Positions 59,856-64,000 of a DNA stretch of 64,000 nucleotides are shown in pieces. Below the pieces are notes generated by a model. The model made no database searches, was not told the origin of the DNA, and saw only the letters and a list, made by a program, of their open reading frames with translations. The position numbers and the translations under genes were made by a program. The stretch comes from Mollicutes bacterium (GTDB lineage Bacteria; Bacillota_I; Bacilli_A; Mycoplasmatales; MT37), in assembly GCA_029976705.1 (NCBI GenBank), contig JARVCM010000011.1, positions 2,286 through 66,285 on the forward strand, given 5' to 3'. Position 1 is the stretch's first letter; the number at the start of each line of letters is the position of its first letter.

Positions 59856-62558
59856 TTATTTTTTATTATCTTTTTGAAAAGAAAAATCAATGTCTTTAGG
59901 ATGTATCGGATTTGTGTTTTTATAAATATTAATAATTTCACCATTCTCAATGTATAAGACAGTTTTGGCCAATTGTTTAAAAATAGGATTGTGTGTAACT
60001 AAAACAATACTAGTGCCATATTTTTCATTAATATCAAAAAGCATTTCCATTACTATTTTTGACATTTTATGATCTAATGCTCCTGTAGGTTCGTCACAAA
60101 ACAATAAATCAGGGTTTTTTGCTAAAGCGCGAGCAATAGAGAATCGTTGCTGCTGTCCACCAGAAAGTTGAAAGGGATATTTATCTAACAATTTATCAAT
60201 TTGCAAAAATTTATAAATTTCATTCATATCCATTGATTGTTTAAACTTTGGCAGTAAAGCGCCACCAATTTCCACATTTTCTAAAGCGGTTAAGTTTTGT
60301 AACAAGTTATATTGTTGAAAAATAAATCCTACATATTCACGACGAAATTCAGTCAAACCACCTTCGTTAAGAAGAGACAAATTAAGCCCATTAATCAAAA
60401 GATCACCACTATCAACATTGTCAATGCCCGACATAATATTCAGCATTGTACTTTTTCCAGCACCTGAAGGTCCTAAAATAACCAAAAAATCACCACGCTC
60501 AATCTTTAAACTCATGTTATTGATTGTTTTCTCAACTCTTTTTTCTGTGATATGAAATTTAAAAACATTATACATCTCCAAAATATATCGCACAGGACTA
60601 ATATCTTCACTATTTATAGTAACAATATCTTGGTTGTGAGTAATACGTGAGTTATAAGTTTTTCTAAGTTTATTATAAATTTTATTATTATTTTTATAAT
60701 CCTTATAATTATTAACCCTTTTAAGTAGCCCAGAGTTAGAGATTTCAATGCGATTATTTAAACGCTCATTTAAAGTTCTTTTTTTTCTTTTGAAAAAAAA
60801 ATAATCTCAAAAAGAGCGACCGCGAGAACTAGTTTCTGTATTTTCTTTATCTGAACTTTCTTGCAAGGTAAGTAAAAGAGATTCTAAAAAATCTTTTTGC
60901 AATTTTTTAATTGCAAAAATTTGATTGATAGTTTTAAATGGCAATATTTTTTTGACATTTTCATTTAAAGAGCCGTCTTTTTTAATATCAGTATGCCAAT
61001 TTAGATTTGTAAAAACTCAAAATCTTTGATCAGAGCAATCATATCCGGCTTTTTTAATATCAAAAACAACAGATTTAATTTCATCTCAATGTTTCACCAC
61101 CAAATCAATTAAAAAAGTTTTTAAAAAATTTTTTTTAACTTTTTTGATTGCCAAAATTTTTTCAATGTTTCAATTAGGAATATTTTTTTTTGTTGAATTT
61201 GACAAATTACCATTTTCAAATAAATCTTTTTTATAATTAAATTGCATTTCCTTTCAAAAATCTTGATTAAATAATTGTTCCTTATCAAAAACAAAAATCT
61301 TATTTAAAATAAAATAAATTTCTTCTCAATGAGAAATCACTTCTTTTCTAATATAATCATCTAAAATATTTTTCTTTAAATTTAAAAAACAAATAATTTT
61401 CTCATTACTAAAATTAATTATTTTTTCAGGAAATTTAATTGAACCATTTGATAATAAATCTTTTTTATAATCAATTTGTGTTTCTTTTCAAATATCAGTA
61501 TTAAAAAATACACTTTGATAAGCAATCATTATTTCCAATTGTTTTTTGTTTTTATTTCAATTATTTAAAACTGTTTCTTGAAAAAAATTAAGCAAAAAAT
61601 TTTCATCAATTTTTTTCTTCATTGTTCATTGTTCAGATAATTCTCAATTAATTTTTTTTGAAGCGGTTTTTTTTAGTTTTCCTTGCTCAAAATCATTTTC
61701 TCAATCTAATTTAGTTTGAAAAAACACATTATTACCAGCAAAAGAGAAGTTCAAAATTTCTAAACGTTTAAGTAGAGGAGTCAGTTTATTTCAATGATTA
61801 AAAATTTCTTGTTCAACAAATTCTTTCAAACTTTTGGAATTAATTTTTTTAATAACTGATAAATTTATTGTTTTTATTAACAAAACAGGTAATAAATCAG
61901 ATTTGAAAGTACACTTATCGTTTTCAAAATAGATATCTTTTAGTTTAGCCTCTTTTCAAAGTGAAAAATTTTGTAAATCAAAGCCATTGCGAAAAATATC
62001 GTTAATTAAAACTCTATTTGGATTTCAATAAGTATTGTTAAAATTATTAACAAGATAATTCTTTAAAATTTTTTCAGTGATTTGAAATAATAAAATAATT
62101 AAATCAATTTTTTTATCAGAAAATAATTCTTTAATTTTTTGTTCGGTTAAGAAAAAATTAGGATTTAAATCTTTTTGAAAACTTAATTTAGTCAGTTTGT
62201 AAAAAGTTTTTTCCAAAGAAGGTGTATTTAATTTTTTTATCGTTAACAAAATGTCGGAAAATTTATTTCAATGTATTTCTAATTTTTGTTTGATTCAACC
62301 TTGCAAAAAAGAAACTTCAAGAGATTTTAAAATTTTTTCTTGAAATTCTAAATTTTTTTCAATCTTTAAATACATATCTACACTCAATTCACCATTAAAT
62401 TCAATGTCTTTTTCTCAGTTTAAATCAGTTTTCTTTCAAAATTTTTCTAAACTAATATCTTGATTAATTTTTTTGATGATCTTTAAGCATTTAGCAATAG
62501 ATTTTCAAACTTCTGAAAAAATTAATTTTTTTGATGAAATATTTTTATTATTTGTCAT
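59856..62558 (-). CDS. 900-aa protein: N-terminal tandem-repeat domain fused to a MacB/LolD-type ABC ATPase domain
   Basis: I scanned every in-frame triplet from 60594 to 62558 and found no TAA or TAG, but about 30 TGA. The ATG at 62558 is preceded by an in-frame TAA at 62571-62573. Track ORFs 59856-60593 (GPSGAGKST, LSGGQQQR, LLFCDEPTGALD) and 62025-62249 lie in the same frame. Confidence 0.75.
60880..62540 (-). repeat. about seven degenerate tandem repeats of 231-243 nt (77-81 codons) within the 59856-62558 ORF
   Basis: The unit-marking Trp (TGA) codons are at 62505, 62268, 62025, 61791, 61557, 61326 and 61086. Recurrent pattern: [ND]FL..F......HW[NDE]...FW......KD...NG......K.I....I..IKK..K. 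Confidence 0.7.
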
Positions 62559-62639
62559 TTTAATTAAAAATTATTTTATTTGAATTGCTTTTTGAAATTA
62601 ACATATGTCTTTGCATTAAAAAAACAAGTTAACTTTTAG

Positions 62640-62867
62640 TTATATATTAATTTTTTTAGATTTTTGTTTTTTATTATCCTTTCGCTCTTGAATGATTGTT
62701 AAAATTCACGCTATTTGTTGTTTTAATTTTTTAACATCAGAAAAACTATTTGATTTTCCGGAAGCAATTTGAAAATTCAAAACAAACAACTGACCACGCA
62801 AGTCTTTTATTTTGATGATTAAATCTGGATCGCTTAATTTACGAAAATCATTAATATTTGTTTTCAT
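62640..62867 (-). CDS. rpmC: 50S ribosomal protein L29
   Basis: 75 aa, ..LRGQLFVLNFQIASGKSNS.., directly downstream of rplP. Confidence 0.9.
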
Positions 62868-62869
62868 GT

Positions 62870-63286
62870 TTAATTATTTACTTCTTTGGAAATAAACTTT
62901 CATCTAATTGGTAGTTTATTCCCTGCTGCATAAACTGCTTTTTTAGCAATTTTTTCATCAACACCGGAAATTTCAAAAACTACCGTTCCTTTTTTGACTA
63001 CCGCAACTCATTTTTCAACAGCTCCTTTCCCAGAGCCCATTCTAACCTGAATTGGTTTGGCTGTTTTGGCATAATGAGGGAAAACTCTAATTCACATTTT
63101 GCCTTCTTTTTTAATAAATTTCATAATTGCAATTCGGGCAGATTCAATTTGATTGTTGGTTAATCAATTACCTTCAAATGCTTGTAACCCATACTTGCCA
63201 AAAGCAATTGTTTTGGCACCTTTTGCTTTGCCTTCATACTTCACTCGATGCGGCTTGCGTCAAACAGTTTTCTTAGGTAATAACAT
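62870..63286 (-). CDS. rplP: 50S ribosomal protein L16
   Basis: Reads [35 protein letters not shown]... The start was cross-checked with track ORF 63153-63350. Confidence 0.95.
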
Positions 63287-63289
63287 TTC

Positions 63290-63967
63290 TTATTTCTCCG
63301 AATTTTCTAAATTTATATTTTCTTCTTTTTTCTTAAAAATATTTCCTTGATAAATTCAAACTTTTATTCCAATTTGTCCATAATTTGTTAAAGATTCAGC
63401 AAAACCATAGTCAATATCAGCACGAAGTGTAGAAAGAGGTATTTTACCTTCACTAATATGTTCTTTACGAGAAATATTTGCTCCATTTAAACGCCCACTC
63501 ACTGTTATTTTAATCCCTTTTGCTCCTAAACGCATAGCGCTTTTAACCCCTTGACGTTGCAATTTACGATAACTTTCACGATTGGCAATACCGTAAGCAA
63601 GATCATTAGCAACTAATTGGGCATTTAAACCGGGAATTTTTACTTCAATAACATCTATTTTAATTGAATAATTACGCGCTTTCAAAGCTTTTTTTAAAAT
63701 CAAAATAATTCGTTTAATGTTTTGACTCTTTTGTCCTAAAATAAGACCTAAACGCGAAGTGGAAATAAAAATATGAAATTTATTATTTTGACGTTCAATT
63801 TCAATTTTAGAAATAAAAGAATTAGGTAATTTTTTTTTGATTGTTTGGCGAATTACCGCATCTTCTTTAATTCAAATTGCTATATCTGATTTTTTAGCAA
63901 CTCAACGCGATTGTCAATTTTGATTAATTCCTAATCTTAACGCCAGAGGGCTAATTTTTTGTCCCAT
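63290..63967 (-). CDS. rpsC: 30S ribosomal protein S3
   Basis: Reads [22 protein letters not shown].., with a KH domain. Contains track ORF 63356-63703. An AGGAG Shine-Dalgarno sequence lies 11 nt upstream. Confidence 0.95.
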
Positions 63968-63970
63968 TAT

Positions 63971-64000
63971 CTATTTTCTCCTTTTGTTTCTACTTGATTT
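63971..64000 (-). CDS. rplV: 50S ribosomal protein L22, last 9 codons only (inferred from operon order)
   Basis: An open frame ..KSSRNKRRK-TAG runs to the window edge immediately upstream of rpsC. Confidence 0.4.
   Translation of the reverse strand, partial: KSSRNKRRK

Overview
This is an AT-rich Mollicutes (Mycoplasma-like) chromosomal segment that only makes sense under genetic code 4 (TGA=Trp). The supplied standard-code ORF track therefore breaks most genes into fragments. Re-read with TGA=Trp, the window is almost entirely coding and mostly core housekeeping. Plus strand: uvrA-lgt, a CaCA-type antiporter, secG-smpB-tmRNA, cdaA-mgtE, tdk, tsaE/tsaB, leuS, ktrA, upp, HIT, tsaD and ftsK. 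Minus strand: ktrB, gatCAB, ligA, atpBEFHAGD (no atpC), a double-module FtsX-type permease, trpS, pcrA, rplM-rpsI, ecfA1-ecfA2-ecfT and a long S10/spc/alpha ribosomal-protein cluster (rplV' to rplQ). There are 17 tRNA genes and one tmRNA. I found no rRNA, CRISPR array, transposase or prophage signal. The main finding is a 900-codon ORF at 59856-62558 (minus strand) that the standard-code track hides. It carries about seven tandem repeats of roughly 78 aa, punctuated by TGA-encoded Trp, fused in frame to a MacB/LolD-type ABC ATPase. Together with lysS it sits inside the normally invariant rpmC-rpsQ junction of the ribosomal operon. Other leads: a tRNA-Ile with a UAU anticodon, a tRNA-Leu with an apparent AAG anticodon, a zinc-ribbon::TrmL fusion, a ~110-120 aa insertion in LigA, an orphan FtsX-type permease, tandem small membrane paralogs between map and infA, and an smpB whose only upstream ATG is one nucleotide out of frame across an A11 tract. 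Coordinates derived by hand, especially tRNA ends, may be off by about 1 nt.
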